Source: Mobula hypostoma
Lineage: Eukaryota
Reading direction: 5' to 3'
Assembly: GCF_963921235.1 (NCBI RefSeq)
Contig: NC_086109.1
Location: 12,276,001-12,340,000, forward strand
Length of the DNA stretch: 64,000 nt
Shown: one piece after another, positions 48,250-60,835 of the stretch
How positions within the stretch are numbered: the first letter of the stretch is position 1
Layout: each line of letters starts with the position of its first letter
Made by a program: the position numbers and the translations under genes
The notes under the pieces: generated by a model
The model's input: the letters and a program-made list of their open reading frames with translations, nothing else
Told to the model about the DNA's origin: nothing
Database searches by the model: none

Positions 48250-49645
48250 TGTCATGGTCTGGATCGGGGGTCCCTTTAAATTTACCTTGTTTATGTTACG
48301 ATCCGGACCGTTGATTCCCTGTTTTCCCGTGTCCCTCGGTTTTGGTGATTAGAGGCAATTAACGCTCGGCTGAACCGCTAGTTTATAGTCTCCGGCTTTC
48401 AGCCGTTCGGCGCAGGAGCGTCTGCAAAGTCATCAGAGGTACGGTGTGTCGATGTCATCTGGCCAGAGCAAGCCTAGTCTCTGCCGAAGCGAGTGCCGGT
48501 AATTCGCCCTTCCTCACCGGAGCAACCCAGTCCAGTTACCTCGCCGAAGCGATCCTGCAAAGTTTCCTCATCAAGGTGGGTCCATCAGTTAACCCGCCAG
48601 AGAGAATCAAGAGCCGCTATCTACTGTTCTAGAGCTCGCCACTGCCCGGAGGTTTCATGTACCATGTCCTGGCTCCGGCGGCATCCAAGTACCACGTCCA
48701 AGTCCAAGTCCTGGTCCTGGCGGCATCCGAGTACCAAGTCCAAGTCCTGGCCCTGGCGGCATCTGGGTACCAAGTCAAGTCCTGGCCCTGGCGGCATCCG
48801 AGTACCTAGTCAAGTCCTGGCCCTGGCAGCATCTGAGTACCCAGTCAAGTCCTGGCCCTGGCGGTCTGTGATTCCTGTCCTACCCCCTGTCTGAATCCCT
48901 TCTCTGCCCCTCTCTCCTCTAGCCCTCGTCTGTAGCCCTCGCCTGCACCTCGATCTAGTTCTATCGTTGGAGCTAGATAGGAACTGTGTTGTTCTTTGGT
49001 GTCTTGTCTTGTCTTGTCCTTGTCTCCATGGGGTAATTCAGGCTGTCTTGCCGTTGCTCCGCGGGGGGTCTTGTCTTGTCTTGTCTTGTCCTCGCCTCTG
49101 TGGGGTAAGTCAGGCTGTCTTGCCATTGCCCCACGAGGGTCATGAGTCCCGGCCCTATGTCCTGTACCCAAGGAGGGGTCCTGGCTCTCTGTTCTGTGTC
49201 TGAGTCCCGGCCCTATGTCCTGTACCCAAGGAGGGGTCCTGACTCTGTGTTTTGTGTATGTGTCCATGGTTCCATGTACCTGCTCTCCCGAGATTGAGGC
49301 TCTGTTTTCCATGTTCCTCCTCTCCCTAGCCCATGTCATGTCCCTGCCTGGTTCTGGGGTCTGAGCCCGAGGCAAGACCCAGGTACTGGGTCCTTGCCTA
49401 GTCTCGGGCTCAGAGTCCATACCCTAGCCTCTTCATGTCTCCTCTAGTTCTGGAAGCCGATTCCGAGTCCTAGCCCAGACCCCTAGTCCCAGCCTAGTAG
49501 TAGTCCTGAGTCTTTGTCCAGTTCTCTATTCCTACTCCTGCCTAGCTCTCCTGGTATCGAACAATAAACTAAATCTAAGTAATCTCACAAGATGTGTCTT
49601 GCATTTGGGTCCACCCTTGCTCCCAATGCCCCGCCCATTGTGACA
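48250..49645 (+). mobile_element. 1.4-kb solo LTR (or tiny non-autonomous LTR element) with internal tandem arrays
   Basis: TG...CA ends, TSD acact/accct, AATAAA at about 49563. Arrays at about 48660-48860 (about 33-39-bp unit), 48990-49135 (about 65-bp) and 49141-49250 (about 59-bp). Confidence 0.88.
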
Positions 49646-49721
49646 ACCCTATCTAATGATGTTTATTTGATTGGAGTCATCATTGTCAGTGCCCACTAAT
49701 GTCAAAGTGTGTTTCCACATT

Positions 49722-51110
49722 CTGGTTCACCAGTGACTTCTAGGAAAGACTGGATAGCAACCAAGAAATGTCAGTGACTCTGGAAAGACAATTGACCTCC
49801 AGGAAAAACTAGCAAGGACACACAGGGCTAGTAACCTTGTGTGCAGCACTCACATGAGGGCATCATACAAGTAAGGGATGAACTAAATATACTATAGCTT
49901 AGATTCTCCTGAAAGAGGGGGACGAATGAGAGAATCAATAGGACAGACATAAAGGCAATGGCCAAGACTGGAGGTATGGTAGCAAGAAGACCCAAGCAAG
50001 CAACACAAACCGGGGATACATTCCTTGCAAAGTGCCACTGTGACAAAATATGCAAAACTTCAAAGGTCCCAAGGTACACCAAAGCAGGTCCAGTTGTGGA
50101 ATTAAGGTGACTCAAGTGCATTGCATGGACTCGAGTCGTCATCGAAATTCTTCCAAGATACATTGTCTGATGATCTAGGTCATCTGACCCTCTCGTTCTT
50201 TGATGAATGAATTTGGGTATCCGAGAGATCACCCACTTTCTCCGGTGAGATGACGGAGAACTCCAGCCAGGAAGCTCCCCACAGATCTCTGCACGCCTGA
50301 GCCGCCCAGTGCCAAAAAATGGAGCAAGTGAGTGATCTCTCAGATACCCAAATTCATTCATCAAGGAAAGAGAGGGTCAGATGGCCTAGATCATCAGACA
50401 ACGCATCTTGAAAGCAGTTTGACGATGACCTGGATTGCATCTTGGAAGCTACATTCACAGGACCTGTCTGCAGGAAAAGTAACTCCCTCACAGTCATTGT
50501 GTTCCACTTTGCTAAAGGCAATTCGGCCCAATGGAGAAGAAAGGGGATCTTAAGCCATCACGGCAACCAAACAGGAGGTAAAAGAAGATTTGCTACTGAG
50601 AAGCAATATTAAAACCCTGAACAAACAATTCAAAAACAGTTCACCTGGTGAAAAAGAAGGTGTCAAAGGTCTAACCAGTACACTGTGGGAACGGTTGCAT
50701 AAGCTCAGGAAGGTGGGCTGCTATGAAAGTGAAGAAGGGAGAAAGAGAGAAGGAAAACACTTTGTCAAAAACCCCTTTAAGTTCACCAGGGCTCTTCTCA
50801 GCCAAAAAAAAATCTGGCCCCCGAACCAGCTCAAAGCAGGAGGTGGAAGATTTTCTGTGGAATCACACAGCAATCCCTGTAGGAATCAGGGACTAGAATT
50901 CAGTACAAATGTCCCCAAACCAAGAATCCCAGCAACTGAGCTGAACACGGCAGAGCCCATGCGGCAAGAAGTCCAAGCTATCATCAAGAGAGAAAAGTCA
51001 TCTGCCACTCCAGGACCAAGAGGTATACCCTACCAGGCATATAAGAAGTGCCTAAAACTCCTCCGGAGATTGTGGAAGATAATGAGGACGATTTGGACCA
51101 AAGGCTCTAT
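49722..51110 (+). mobile_element. HERO-like (RLE-clade) non-LTR retrotransposon, 5' fragment
   Basis: Frameshifted zinc finger CHCDKICKTSK..VHQSRSSC, RVRWPRSSDNAS*KQFDDDLDCILEAT and SSATPGPRGIPYQAYKKCLKLLRRLWKIM. Confidence 0.75.
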
Positions 51111-51231
51111 GCCATTCTGTGGAATTCATTGTCACAGATGGCTGTGGTGGCAAAGTCACTGGGTACATTTAAAGTGGAGTTTCATAGGTGTTTGATTAGT
51201 AAGGGTGTCTAAGGTTACGGGAAAATGGGAT

Positions 51232-52325
51232 GAGGCTTTTCATTCCAGAAGGAAGAAGATGTGTTCCTTCTTCAATGAGAGGGGCTTCCCTTCTTCCACC
51301 ATCAGTGCAGCCCTCAACTACATCTCTTCCATTTCATGCACGTCTGCTCTCACCCTATTCTCCTGCCACCCGAGGGATAGGGTTCCTTTTGTTCTCACCT
51401 ACCACCACATCGGCCTTCTCATCCAGCACATAATTCTCCACAGCTTCTGCCATCTCCAACGGGATCCTATCTTTCCCTCTCCCCCACTTTCTGCTTTCTG
51501 CAGGGAATCTCTGTCTACACGGCTCCCTTGTCCATTCGTCCCTCCCCACTGATCTCCCTTCTGGCATATATCCTTGAAAGAGGAACACGTGCTACACCTG
51601 CCCCTACACCTCCTCCCTCACTACCATTCAGGGTCCTAAACAGTCTTTCCACGTGAGGTGATACTGCACCTGTGAGTCTGTTTGGGTCATATCCTGTGCC
51701 CAGTGCTTCCAGTGTAGCCTGCTGATAATCGGTGAGACCCACAGTAGGTTGGGAGACTGGTCCATCCATCAGAAAAAGTGAGATCTCCCAGTGGCTGCCC
51801 ATTTTAATTCCACTTCCCATTCCCATTCTGATATGTTTATCCATGGCCTCCTCCACTATCATGAGGCCACACTCAGGTTGAAGGTACCACACCTTATATT
51901 CCATTGGGGTAGCCTCCAACCTGATGGCATGAACATTGATTTCATGAACTTCTGGTAATGCACCCCCACTCCACCATTCCCCATCCAGTTTATCTCCTTG
52001 CCTGCCCATCACCTGCCTTGGGTTCTCCTCCCCACTTTTCATTCTTCCATGGCCTTCTCTCCTCTCCTAACAGACTCCTCCTTCTCCAAGCCTGTATCTT
52101 TTTCACCAATCAACTTCCCAGCTCTTTACCTCACCCGTCCCCCTCCAGGTTTCACCTATCACCTTGTATCACTCCAGCCTCTCCCCTCACCTTTTAACTC
52201 AACTCTTCATCCTTTTATCTCCAGTCCTGTTGAAGGGTTTCGGCTGGAAACATCAACATCAACTGTGCTGTTTTCCATACAGGCTGCCTGACTTGTTGAG
52301 TTCCTCCAGCATTTTGTGTGTGCTA
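51232..52325 (+). mobile_element. Penelope-like element 3' part (RT C-terminus, degenerate GIY-YIG, pLTR)
   Basis: FFNERGFPSSTISAAL..DRVPFVLTYH, IIGETHSRLGD and a degenerate hammerhead cagtc-CTGTTGA..GAAAC-ATC at about 52215. Confidence 0.88.
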
Positions 52326-52477
52326 TCTCCACTTACTGATCCCCAAAATTTGTCATAAGGTTCTTTGGTGGTGTTGCTCCAGGGACTTTGGGTGTCTACT
52401 GTAGGTGTTCATGTCAGCTCCATACATTAATGTAGGAAGAACGAATGCTTGACAAAACATTTTGTAGGTCACGTTTT

Positions 52478-54250
52478 TCAAAGACCCTTTCCTTAATCTT
52501 TCATTGGCTCTACTAGCACTGCTTAAGCAGTGGTTAACCTCTGAGTCAATGTCTGCTTTTCAGGAGAGACTGCTGCCCAGGTCAACTATTATGGAGGGTT
52601 GGATAAATGGCTGGTTAGGTGGTGGCTGATATAGGACCTGTGTCTTTTATATATATTCAAAACAAGACACAGGCCACTGGCAAAGGCATTCAAGAAACAT
52701 TGGATGTCTTCTTCAGAATGTGCTATGATGGTGTTGTCGTCTGCATACCGAAGCTCCATGATAGTGATAGTGCTGACCGTCTTCTTGGCCTTGACCTGGT
52801 TGAGGTTGAAAAGTCTTCTGCCCATTCTGTACATGATTGGGATTCACTGTGGCAGACTTTAGCCAATGACCTTGGCATTCAGGATGAGGTAGTAAAGCGG
52901 ATAAGAAATTGGCTTTGTGGGAGAAGCCAGAGATTGGTATTAAAGTGATTCCTCTCTAACTAGAGGCCTGTGACTAGTGTTGTTTGTCATCTACAATGAT
53001 CTGGATGAAAATGTGGTTAACTGGATCAGCAAATCTGCAGATGAAGCCAAGGCTGGGGGTGTAATGGACGGTGTGGAAGGCTATCATGGCTTACAGAGAG
53101 ATTTGCATAAGCTGGAAAAATGGGTTGAAAAAAGGCAGATGGAATTTAATGCAGACAAGTGCGTGGGTTTGCGCTTCAGTAGGACCAATGAGGGTAGGTA
53201 CACAGTGAATGACAGGGCACTGAGGAGTGTGGAAGACAAAGGGATCTGGGAATACAGGTCCATAATTCATTGAAAGTGGCATCACAGGTAGATAGGTTCT
53301 TAAAAAAAGCTTTTGTATATTGGCTTTCTTAAATCAATGTATTTAGTACAGGAGATGGGATGTTATGTTGAGGTTGTATAAGATAATCATGACGCTGAAT
53401 TTGGAATATTGTTCACAGATTTGGTCATGTACCTAAGGAAAGACGTAAGCAAGTTTCAAAAAGTACAAAGAAAATTTACAAGGACATGGTTGGTTCTGGA
53501 TGTCCTGAGTTATAAGGAAAGAATGAATAGGTGAGGACTATATTATTTAGAACGTAGAAGATTGAGAGGAGATTTGATAGTGGTATACAAAATTATGAGG
53601 GGTATAGATAGGGTAAATGCATGCAGATTCTTTCCACTGAGGTTGGGTGGGACTTCAACCAGAGGTCATGCGTTAGTAGTGAAAGGAGAGAAGTTGTACA
53701 GGAACATGAGGGGAAACTTCTTCACTCAGAGGGCCGTAAGAGTGTGAAATGAGCTCCCAGCACAAGTACTGCATGTGAGCTCGATATCAATGCTTAAGAG
53801 AAGTTTGGATGTTTGGGGTATACAGGTCTATGGTCCCTATGTATGTCGATGGGAGTAGGCAGTTTATATGGTTTCAACATGGACTAGATGGGCCGAACAA
53901 CCTGTTTCTGTGTTGTATTCTCTATGACTTGATAATGAGGTGAAGGATGGTCGGAATAAGAATGACAGTTAGAGTGGGCGCACTGACACAGCCCTATTTG
54001 ACTCCCGTGTTGGCATTGAAGGGTTCTGATTCATCACCACTATTGCTGGGTACTGTGGCTGACATACCATCATGCAGTAGCCTCGGTATTTGTAAGCACT
54101 TGTCAGGACAGCCATGTCTTGAAAGCACATACTAGACAGCTTTACGGTCTACTGTATCAAATGCCCTTGTCAAATCTATGAAAGCCAAGTACAGGGTTGC
54201 CTTTGTTGATGGCATTTTCCAGTATTTGGCATGCTGTGAAGATCATCTCT
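52478..54250. mobile_element. Old RTE (-) split by an old CR1 (+, about 52860-53935)
   Basis: ELRYADDNTIIAHSEED and LAFIDLTRAFDTVDR on the minus strand. CR1 KSADEAKAGG on the plus strand. Confidence 0.88.
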
Positions 54251-54319
54251 CCGATACCTCTAGATGGGTGCAAATTACACTGATCAATCAGGGAGTACTT
54301 CAGATAGTGGAAGGAATTG

Positions 54320-57300
54320 AAATGACTTTGAATTGACTTTATTTATATCTTACATCCTTCACATATGTGTGGAGTAAAAATCTTTGCGTTATGTACCCGT
54401 CTAAACGTGCAATGTGCAATTTATAGTAACTTGTAATAAGTGACAGTAGTAAATAATATTTACAACAGAACAGTCATTTAAGCATAGAAATACAATTTTA
54501 TCAGTGTGAATTAATCAGTCTGATGGCCTGGTGGAGGAAGCTGTCCCCGAGCTTGTTGGTCCTGGCTTTTATGATGCTGTACCGTTTCCCAGATGGTAGC
54601 AGCTGGAGCAGTTTGTGGTTGGGGTAACTCGGGTCCCTAATGATGTTTCAGGTGCTTTTTACGCACCTGTCTCTGTAAATGTCCTGAATAGTAGGAAGAT
54701 CACATCTACAGTCGTGCTGGGCGGTCCGCACCACTCTCTGCAGAGTCCTGCGATTGAGGGAAGTACTGTTCCCATACCAGGCAGTGATGCAGCCAGTCAG
54801 GATGCTCTCAAATTACCCCTGCAGAAAGTTCTTAGGATCTGGGGACCCATACCAAATTTCTTAACCGTCTGAAGTGAAAAAGGTGCTGTTGTGCTTTCTT
54901 CTCCACAAAGCCGGTATGCACAGACTACGTGATATCCTCGGTAATGTGTATGCTGACGAACTTAAAGCTGTTCTCCCTCTCAACCCCAGATACATCGGTG
55001 TCATTTGAGGTTAGCCTGTCTCCATTCCTCCTGTAGTCCACAACTAGCTCCTTTGTTTTTGTGACATTGAGAGCAAGGTTCTTTTCTTGACACCTCTGTG
55101 TCAGGGTGATGACTTCCTCTCTGTAGGCTGCCTCATTATTGAGATAAGACCAAGTAATGTAGTGAGCAAATTTAATTAGCAGATTGGAGCTGTGGGTGAT
55201 GACATATTCATGGATATACAGGGAGTAAAGGCGGTGGGGGGGGGGGGGAGGCTTAGGACACAGTCCTGAGGGGATCCTGTTTTGAGGGTCAGAGGGGCAG
55301 AGGTGAGAGAGCCCATTCTTGCCACCTGCACAGGACCTGACAGGAAGTCCAGAATCCAGCTGCACAAGGCAGGGTGAGGGCTGAGGTCTGTGAGCTTCTT
55401 GTCAACCCTGGAGGAAATTATGGCGTTGAATGTTGAACTGTAGTCCAAGAAGAGCATTCTCACATGAGTATCCTTCTTCTCCAGATGTGTAAGGATGGTG
55501 TGTAGAGCTGTGGCTATTGCATCATCTGTCAATCAGTTGTGTCAGTAGGCAAATTGTAGGTGGTCCAGTGTGGGTGTTAATATGCTGCAGATGTAGTCTT
55601 TCAAACCATTTGCTTAATATTGCGGTGAATGCGATAGGATGCCAGTTGTTCAGATATGTTAACCTTGATCTTTTTAGGTACAGGAGCATTAGTGCAGGGG
55701 TTCCCAACCTGAGGGTCCACGGACCCCTTGTTTAATAGTATTGGTCAATGGCATAAAAAAGGTTGGGGACCCCTGCATTAGTGGATGTTTTGAAGCAGGA
55801 GGGCACTCTACACTGGAAGAGAGAGAGATTAAAAATCTCTGTAAACACACCTGCCAGATGTGCCGTGCACATCCCGAGTAGCCGCCCTGGGATGCCGTCC
55901 GGTCCCGCAGCCTTGCAGCTGTCCACTCATTGGAAACACCTGCGTACTTCAGCCACAGAGATGACTAAAGGGTAAGTCACTATGGCAGCTCTCCTCGGGG
56001 GCTCAGTGTTGGTGACATTGAACTGAGCGTAAAAAAGATTTAGCACATTTGGGATTAGATTAGATTAGGTTAGATTAGATTATGAGGACACACTCTTTTA
56101 TTGTCATTTAGTAATGCATGCATTAACAAATGATACAATTTGTTCCTCCAGAATATTATCACAGAAACACAAGACAAACCAAGACTAAAAAAAAATTGAC
56201 AAAAACCACATAATTATAACATATAGTTACAACAGTGCAAAGCAACACCATAATTTGATAAAGAACAGACCATGGGCACGGTAAAAAAAAAAGTCTCAAA
56301 GTCTCTCGAAAGTCCCATTATCTCACGCAGACGGTTGAAGGGAGAAACTCTCTCTGCCGTGAGCTTCCAGCACTGCAAACTTGCCGATGAAGCATCCTGG
56401 AAGCACCCGACCACAGTCCAACTCTTGAGCCCGTCCGAACTTCGAGCCTTCGACCAGCCCTCCGACACCAAGCACCGAGAACCATCTCTGCCGAGTGCTT
56501 TGACCCCGGCCCCGGCAACAGGCAATAGGCAAAGCCAAGGATTTGGGGCCTTCCCCTCTGGAGAATCTCGATCCACAGTACGAGCGGCAGTGAATCAGGC
56601 ATTTCAGAAGTTTCTCTAGATGTTCCTCCGTGCTTCTCACATCCATCTCCATCAAATCAGGATTGTGCACGGCCCCTATTTAACAAATATGATATCAATT
56701 CGGAGCGGCCGCAATGTTGGCAGTATCACTACGCTTAGCTTTGAAATCTGCAACGGTGTGCAGACCTTGCCATAAACTGCGTGTATTGTTGGTGGAGATT
56801 TGTGTCTGAATTTTGCCCCTGTATTGTTGTTTCGCTGCCTTGAAGACCTGGTGTAGATTGTAGCTGCATTTCTTGAGTTCCCGTTGATTACCGGTGAGGG
56901 AAGCTCTATCTCACGCAATAAGTGGAGCACGCACAGAATTGTTGATCCAGATTTCTGGTTTGGAGAGACCCTGACCCATTTTTTGGGGACAGCGTCCTTG
57001 GTGTGCTTCCGGATGAACCTGGTGACCCCTTCTGTGAACTCGGAGACATCCTCGTCACGAAAGACATTCCAGTTGATGTCCTCAAAGCAGTCCTGTAGCA
57101 TGGAGACCGATTGGTCGAAGCAAGTATTCTATCTCCCTGTATACACACCTGGATGTGTTGACAAAACTTCAGAGAAAATTTAGTAAGTGACGCTCTATAA
57201 AACTCCCTGGAGATGGTAAAGGCAGCCTCAGGGTGCTGATGGTCTTTTACAGTTCCTTGAGAGCCAGGTCAGTATCAGGCTGCGGCAGAATATACACATC

Positions 57301-57330
57301 TGTGATAATAAAACAGCTGCAAACTCCCTA
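54320..57330 (-). mobile_element. Long, interrupted Rex1/Babar LINE (EN, RT, 3' end)
   Basis: LQDCFEDINWNVF, KAAGPDGIPG, NNWHPIAFT and RMLFLDYSSTFN. Carries a MITE and a roughly 670-bp insertion (about 56050-56712) with a (ctaat)n tail. Confidence 0.9.
55695..55775. mobile_element. 81-bp hAT (Charlie-type) MITE
   Basis: TIRs caggggttcccaacct / aggttggggacccctg with a perfect 8-bp TSD cattagtg containing a central TA. Confidence 0.93.
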
Positions 57331-58789
57331 GAAAGCCAAAAAGGTCTGCACAGTAGCACAAGGTACGCCAGATCCAGGGAAAAAAACTCTGATAAACAGT
57401 CTGCAGCACAGAATGTTAACCATTTCTCATTCTGCAGATTATGCCTGACCTGCTGAGATTAATCAATTATTTATTTCGAGAAACAGCATGAAATAGTTCA
57501 TATTAAAGGTTTTTATTTGATTGAAATGAGCTAATATTTAAGCTTGTGTGTTTTTCAGCAACCAAACACATTCTCAGGTGTTAAGTTTCTTGCTAACAAA
57601 CAATACACACAAAATGCTGAAGGAACTCATCTACAGAAAAAACTACAGTCAATGTTTTAGGCCAGAACTCTTCCAGCATTGTGTGTGTGTTACTTGGATT
57701 TCCAGCATCTGCAGATTCTCTCTTGTTTGTGTTTTAATTAACTTTCTTGTCGTTCAGCATGGCTACTGAGAGACTGTTCAAAAACTATGATACTGAATGG
57801 CCCATCGGGGCAGCTGCTCTGCGGCTTTGAGGGGAGTTCTGTGCTGCACTACGGTGCCCCCAGTCAGGCTGATGGGCTCAAACTTGCCTCGCAATGGAAA
57901 ATTATCTCCAATTCTCAAAGGGAAATCTTACCAGTTACAACCTTGAAATTAATTTCCTTGCTGACATTCACAGGGAGAATAAAGAAATACAATAGAATTT
58001 ATGTAAAAGCTCACATAAACAAAGGCTGACAAACCTTATTCCCTGACCCTTGTTCAAATCAGCCAGTCTACATCCTTTTAACCATTTTGCATCAATATCC
58101 TTTCCAAACTCTGTTATTTGATAGCAATCTTAAATGTATTCCCTTGTGTTACTGACTCTCTCAGTTGTGACTTACTCAATTCAGAAATAATACTGAACAT
58201 CTCTTAATAATCATGATGGGTATTTTTTCATCTTGTACTCATCTGAGGGAACTTCTAAGTTTAGCACTTCTGTTCGTCTGGTTTGTCTTCTCCCAGAAGC
58301 AGATTGACTTACTGAGGCTTTATAAGGTATTTTTTCAGACTGCATTAGTATTGTGAACAGTTGTGGGCTCCTTTTCGAAGAAAATATGTGCTAGTGTTGG
58401 AAAGGGAAAGTTCACTAGAATGATTCCGGTAATGAAGGGGTTAGGGTATGAGGAACTGTTTGATGGTTTCTGGGCCTTTACTTGCTAGAGATTAGAAGAA
58501 TGAGGTGGGATCTATTTGAACCTATTGAATACTGAAAGACATGGATACAGTGGATGAGGGGAGGATGCTTCCTACAATGATTGTCAAGGACCAGAGGTTA
58601 CAGCCTCAGAATAAAGGGATGTCCATTCAGAGAAGAGGAGCAATTTCTTTAGCCAGAGGGCGGTGAATTGGTGGAATTCATTACCTTAACATAGATACAG
58701 GCCTGATCCACTTTCAGAGTCAGAATCCAACAAGTTATATTTTGACTGATTTATTACTACAGATTGGAGAATCCGTAATAACTATCTCA

Positions 58790-59660
58790 ATATAATAATA
58801 CAGGATAAACTAGCAAGAAAAAACTTCATAGATATTTCCATTCCAAACACACATAACTTACAGAAATCAATAAATGAAAAACACTAGAAATATGCTGAAA
58901 TAAAAGAGAAAATTGAAAGACCTTGGACATGAACAGGGTAATATCTACATTGGTATCATCCCAAAGGCACTACACAATAGCATTAAACAATGAGGGCTAC
59001 TCAGAAATGTCTATACAAATTTTCAGAAAGCCACAATACTAAACACCAGTAGAATAATCTGAAAGTCCTGAGCAATTGAGAAATGAGTTGAGAAAAAAAA
59101 ATCATAATAATGCCTTCGCAGCAGTTTAACTCAATCTGATGACATGCATGGGCACAATCAAGTGGCAAATATCGTTCAACAAAATCTTCCTTTAAAATAC
59201 AAACTCATAAAAGCCACCATACCTTCCGATAACTATGAGCCCTATCCAGTTTTGGAGTCAAAGTTCAACAAATTATATTACAACCAATCCATTATTACAG
59301 ATGGGACCATTCACAATAACCACCCAATGTAATATTACAGTATAAACAAGCAAGAACAACTTACTTAACAGATATAGCCATCCCAAGCACCCACATCATA
59401 CAGAAATAAATAAGTGAAAAAAAATGGAAATATACTGAATTAATAGAGGAAATTGAAAGATTAAGGAACAGGAATGGGATATTCATTGCCCCAGCAGTAA
59501 TATCTGCAACTGGTATCTCCCAAAGTTGCAACACAATAGTATTAAACAATTAGGCCCACACAGCAATATTTATGTAAATCGCCAGAAAGTCACAATAGTA
59601 AACACCAGAAGAATAGTCTGAAAGCTCTGGGCAATTGAGAAGTGAGTGTCCTTGTCTTTG
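58790..59660 (+). mobile_element. Two tandem R4/Dong-like 3' fragments (RLE endonuclease region)
   Basis: HNQVANIVQQNL..IITDGTIHNNHP..YLTDIAIPSTH (59120-59660) and a second IQDK..FIDISIPNTHNLQKSINEKH*KYAE copy (58790-59090). Confidence 0.75.
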
Positions 59661-60099
59661 GCTGTACCTCGGGTTTTACCAGTTGAGCTGAGAAATTTTT
59701 TAAACATAATAAGAGGCCCTCCATTAGTCAAGATCAACCATGGATGTTGCGTCCCAGCTGCCTACATGATTAACAAGCTAGTACAATATGGAGAGCAAGC
59801 TGTTGCTCATGTAGCAGGCTCCCACTTTCTACACAACTGATGATTCCAAAGGAACAACAGAGTTGTCACAGGAGTTGCTAATCAACATTGGAATCAACGT
59901 AGGACTGGAATAGGGACCCCAGCTCCGGATACTCTGCAAGCCTTACCCATGAGTGAGTGTAGCTGCAGGGCAGCAGAGGTTTGAGTTGTGGAGTCTTCTA
60001 GAGAAAGTGATTGAGGCAGGTACAAAAGCACCATTTAAGAAACACTTGGATGGGTACATGGAGGGGCAGAGCTCAGAGAGATGTGGGCTGAATGCAGGA

Positions 60100-60835
60100 T
60101 ATCAGAATCAGAATCAGGTTTAATATCACTGCCCTATGTCGTGAAATTTGCTTTGCATCAGAGGTACATTGATAACAATAAAAACAATAATAAAAATGTA
60201 AATTAATATATGTGTATATATAAATTAAATAGGGAATGTAAAAAGAGAGGGAAAAGTAATGAGGTAGTGATCATGGGTTCACTGTCCAATCAGAAATCTG
60301 CTGGTGGAGGGGTTGAATCTTTTTTCTGAGATACTGAGTGTTTGTTTTCAGCTTCTGTACCTCCTCCTTGATGGTAGCAATGAGCAGAGTTCATGTCCTG
60401 GTTAATGGGGGACTTCAATGAAGGACGCTGCCTTTCTGAGGCACCGTCTTTTGAAGGTGTCCTCAATGCTGGGAAGAATCAGTGGCCATGATGGAGCTGG
60501 CTGCGTTTACAACTTGCTGCAGTTTTTTTTTCATGTCCACAGCAGTGTATCCTTCCGTACCAGACAGTGAGGCAACTCATTAGAATGGTCTCCGCTGTAC
60601 ATCTGCAGAAATCTGAGTGTCATTGATGACAGACCAAGTCTTCTCGAATTTCTAATGAAGTATAGCCACTGTCGTGCCTCCTTTGTAATTGCATCAATGT
60701 GTTGGGCCCATGGTAGATCTTCAGAAATGTTGGCACTGAGGAACTTGAAACTACTCACTCTTTCCACTGCTGATCCCTTGTTGTGGACTGGTGTGTGTTC
60801 ACTCGATTTCCCCTTCCTGAACTCGGACCAGCTGG
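60100..60835 (-). mobile_element. Rex1-type 3' fragment
   Basis: VERVSSFKFL..ITKEARQWLYFIR and (ttctga)n tail. Confidence 0.88.

Noticed and set aside
48660-49250. Regular short repeats that could look like a CRISPR array, with repeat-encoded ORFs
   Set aside because: Head-to-tail minisatellites with no unique spacers, inside a TSD-flanked LTR in a vertebrate genome. No cas genes.
49828-50364. 178-aa minus-strand ORF
   Set aside because: Antisense of HERO sequence, including the fold-back arm. Not an independent gene.
56214-56670. Four overlapping ORFs of 94-120 aa
   Set aside because: They lie in a GC-rich tailed insertion within a Rex1 element and show no protein motifs.
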